From: Paragordius varius
Taxonomy: Eukaryota; Animalia; Nematomorpha
Direction: 5' to 3'
Assembly: GCA_964247055.1 (NCBI GenBank)
Contig: OZ176052.1
Span: 10,044,001-10,108,000 of the forward strand
Length of the DNA: 64,000 nucleotides
Under the pieces are notes generated by a model. The model made no database searches. It was not told the DNA's origin and worked only from the letters and a program-made list of their open reading frames with translations. This document shows, one piece after another, positions 60,051 through 64,000 of this stretch (its first letter is position 1; the number at the start of each line of letters is the position of its first letter). The translations under genes and the position numbers were made by a program.

Positions 60051-62429
60051 TTACAAATGACAAATGGCCAAATTTTCTAAATTATCCTTAGGTTGTGATG
60101 TATTATTTCTGACCTTTTTAGTATGCAGTAATACATCGGAATACAAATATTCTTTTAACGTTTCAACGTATGTTTCGTCATCTATCATAGGCCCCAGAAA
60201 TGCCAAGTGTTGTCGAGTCATGAACCAGTGTTTATCATTCATCATAAGTTCAGCAATGATGGAAGCTACAGGGTCTCGGTTATGTGTAAGTACCGCCCTT
60301 ATAATATCGTCCTATAAATAATTGAAAGTTTTAATTTTCAGGAAAAAATAAAACCTTATGAAAGATAAAATATGTTTAAATTATCTTCATTTAGAAGTAT
60401 GCTAACTTTCTTATCAATTATTATTTTTGGTACAACAAAGCGCTTGTTTTTTCAAAGGTTTATAATAAAAATTAAAACCTTAATGTAATAAGCCACAATT
60501 TTGTTCTTGGTGGCATTAGAGTGTATTATTATATTCGTAGGTCCAGTAGTGTAACCAACGTATCGAAAATCTTTACCATACTGTGTTGTGTAGAAATAAG
60601 GTACACTTTTGATTGCGATTTTCTAAAAGAGACAAAACAGAGTTTGTATGAAATAATCTTTTATTTGAAGCCAATACAGCTTTCAGTGCAAATAATAATT
60701 TTCAGACACATATTATATGCTTTTGACTTAAATATTTTAATTCACACTCAAAGACTACATTATCTTAAGAAATAGAGAGACTGGCCAAATAACATCCCAT
60801 AAAACATAAAAAATTGAATGAGGAAACCTTTTGTTAGAATAATTTAACCAAATAGATTATTTATATATAAATACTTTATCCAGCATATTCAAGGCTGCGA
60901 TTTGACCATGTTTATGCGCCATTTGAAAATGTTGAACATATACCTATCATGAGCAAAATGTTAAAATTGACAATTGAGTTAACATACATATCTATATATA
61001 TCGTTTCATAATATTTGGATATATGATTTCGCGTGCAAAATCATTAATTTATAAGTCTAAAACAAGTTAATTAATGTAAATTACACCATGAAACCTTATC
61101 CCATGCAAAGTTTTGATAGGATTCAAAGTTTTTTGCCGTTAAAAAGAGTGGGAATGACACAACACCCCCGGCATACACATCAGGTATATTCGTTTCCATA
61201 TATTCATTAACTTCAATTAACCCAAAATCATTTAACTCAAGTTTGTTCTGAGAGGTAAACAATTGATTACAAACGGGGTCATAACCAGTACCCAACACAC
61301 AAATATCGCATTTTATCCTAAATAAAAAGTATTATAATAGTTAATTTTTTTAAATAAACTTAAAACATATTTATATCATATTTTATCGTATAATTGTTTT
61401 ATTATATTTTACCCTAAAAAAGATAATGCCATGTATCGAATTTGGATAACGACGATAATTTAATTAATTGATATTTAGTATATCTATCTCTGCTAACTAA
61501 AATTGAGTAATTTTGAAAAAATTAAAAATAAATTAAATTTTACGTTTTCAAACAAGATATTACCTGATTCCATTGGATAAAATAACGCGAGAAACTTTAT
61601 TTCCATCCCCTTTAAGTTCAATGAGAGTAGCGTTGGTAATAAAATTGATTCCATTTGCTTTATGTAAATCCATAATATAGGTTCCAACTTCACGGCCAAA
61701 CACTTGTTGAAACGGAACGTCAGTTTTCATAACTACTGTTATGCGTTTGGCTTTTCCTGCCAGAACAGAAGCAATCTCCATACCTTTTCCCACAAATATT
61801 CGATAAAATTACCAAATGATAAAATAAGTCAAGATTCGAAATAAAAGTTAACTATGCCATTTGGTTCACGCTTTAGAGAAAGATGATTTTGCAAAAAATA
61901 TTATCAAAAGATGCGACTTTCTGCATATAAAATATATGATTTGAAAATGAGAATTTCAAAACCACTTATAATTTATAAGAACCCGGTTTTGTCAAAATTT
62001 CGAGTAAATCTCTGGTTTTATTTTTTTAATTTTAGGAATCAGCCTGGTTCTGTTCTGGCCTAACCTTGATTTTGGTTCCATTTTTTCGATCTTAACGACT
62101 TAAAAGGATAAACAGTTAACATTCTATGGTATTTCTGAGCAATATCTCTGGGTGACTTTCATTTTATTGATTTTGATATTATTTAAATAATTATGTATAG
62201 GTATTTATAACGATGCATCATTTTTCTTTATGATAAGGTTAGTCATTTTTATTTCAGTAGATTTACATTTTTTCATATAAGTTTTTCGTTAATCAATAAA
62301 ATCGGTTTTGATGACCTAATTGTATCGTCATATTATTAATTAAAATATAATTTACATTAGAAAACAAGACAAAAGTCTCAATGATATAAGGGTAAAAAGG
62401 ATAAAATTCCAAACAGTTTTTACATGGGA

Positions 62430-62465
<36 letters not shown>

Positions 62466-64000
62466 TCACTTTAGTTATCATTACCCACAAATGAGTTTCC
62501 AATAACTACTACATGCTTCTCAGGCCCTATTTCCTTATATAATTTCTGTGCATCTTGTAATGTTAGTACGGTAAATACGTTGCCAAGATCGGTTCCTGGC
62601 ACTTCGGGCACATTGGAGGAGGATCCAAGCGCAATCAACAATTTATCATACTAATGATAAAAGGACATTTTTCCAAATTTAATATTTGATACTCCTAATT
62701 TTTAGTGCAGGGTGCCGCCCTCCAATATTGGAAGTCCAGGATTTCCAAAAATATCCTCACAAAATCTTAGTATTGATAATCCTTAAACAAATTTTCTGAA
62801 TAAGTCTGTACAATTAACAACAAACTAGAAAAATTGCTATATTATATTACATTTGCATTTTACAGTTTTATGTTTGAAATCCAATAAAATATTTATTATA
62901 TCCATATTTATTTAAAAATGCGGCCTGTGAAGCCATTTGTGTTGAACGCCGCAATTTTAGTGTGTATAATTTGACATACCGCTAAAAGTTTTTTGGCATG
63001 ATTTTATATTTATATTCATCAATAAAATTATTATGTTTATAAAAATGCAATAACTTTTAGAATATAAAGATAAAAATTAAAAGTGTGATAACATTATACG
63101 GCTAGAATAAAATTCTAAAATATTATATTTCATTTGATTTAATAATATTAGTTTATTAATTATTGCGCAAATTTAACTTTCGCCTTCTTAAAGGATATGA
63201 ATGCGTATATTGATTTGTTCCTAATACATTTAATAACACTTTTTACTCAATAAGTTGCTAAAACAAAAAGCCTTACTTCGTTCGAGGACGTTGAATTTTT
63301 ATTATATTTAAATACTCCATTCACAAGCAATTAAAAATTAAACCTTATATGTGTGTCCAGATTGAATTTGGATAGCTTTTGACTCAAAATCAATATTTGT
63401 CACCACGGTACCTCTCCTTAAATTAATATTGTAATGGGTATAAAATTTTTCACATCTAAATGCAATTTTCCCAAAATTTGAGACATCCATAGTTTTCGTA
63501 ATTTGGGGCCGATCATATGGTAAGTTAATATCTTTTGCGATGATAGTTATGGGACCTATATGACCCTGTAATTAATGATCAAAAATATTAATGACAAATT
63601 CGTATTTTTCTAAAAAAATTTAAAAATAAAAATGTGTAAGGCTTATATTCAGTGGCAAAGTAGATAAAATAGTGTATTAATATATCTCAGCTAGTTAAAT
63701 TATAAATCTTACATTTTTTCTTAATGTTTCTGCACAAATCAACCCACAGGGTCCACTTCCAATAATATATATGTGAAATGCACTATCTTTAATATAATAA
63801 TTAATAAACGATTGTGGTTTTATAACGTATAAAGTTTCACTTATTCGTTTAACCTATATTAAAAAAACTTATACCTTAAAAGATAATAAATCATCCAATC
63901 CTGGATACTCTAAAATAGTTCCCGTTTTTAGATTATAACACGCACCATCATAAGGGCATCGAATAGTGTGACCATTTTGTACGCCTTTGATAAGGGGGCA
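60051..64000 (-). CDS. AIFM3: AIFM3-like paralog, copy B (5' end beyond window); exons >64000-63875, 63853-63713, 63565-63344, 62650-62485, 61783-61564, 61317-61095, 60943-60875, 60622-60479, 60311-60051
   Basis: All nine visible exons are open, with introns at the same positions and phases as copy A (IIGSGPCG, PYDRPQITK, IGNSFVGME, QHFQMA, VPYFYT, NRDPVAS). Key cofactor residues are altered (see findings). Confidence 0.92.
62858..62952 (+). mobile_element. hAT-like MITE fragment in an AIFM3-B intron
   Basis: TTTACAGTTTTATGTTTGAAATCCA...ATGCGGCCTGTGAAGCCATTT is colinear with 14577-14660. Confidence 0.55.
63854..63874 (-). other. 21-nt micro-intron in AIFM3 copy B
   Basis: GTATAAGTTTTTTTAATATAG at the same codon boundary (K|V) as the 23-nt intron 55199-55221 of copy A; retention gives an in-frame TAA. 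Confidence 0.9.

Overview
AT-rich invertebrate animal genomic DNA (standard code, GT-AG introns, SoxB present). Bases 1-11.1 kb are a ~580-bp satellite array with higher-order structure. The array carries a young Harbinger-like MITE and ends in a Helitron-type hairpin+CTAG terminus. Six genes follow: ING4/5 (+), an MNK/MKNK kinase (+), RABL6 (-; its conserved 5' half is missed by the ORF track), an intronless SoxB in a TE-rich gene desert (+), and a tail-to-tail pair of AIFM3-like Rieske/flavin reductases (+/-). Best observation: eight 21-24-nt GT-AG micro-introns, each required to restore a conserved protein. They coexist with 82-1573-nt introns, and no confidently modelled intron falls between the two size classes. 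The micro-introns are always the 5'-most introns of their genes, and all three with 3n lengths contain in-frame stops. Second: the minus-strand AIFM3 paralog keeps intact exons but has lost a Rieske His ligand (CPWH->CPYD) and the FAD-binding Asp (GGD->GG-), making it a candidate pseudo-enzyme. The rest is TE debris: piggyBac-like, Tc1-like foldback, CACTA, hAT, mariner, Gypsy and RTE. All gene models, alignments and counts were made by eye, and protein homologies come from recalled family sequences; no searches were run.
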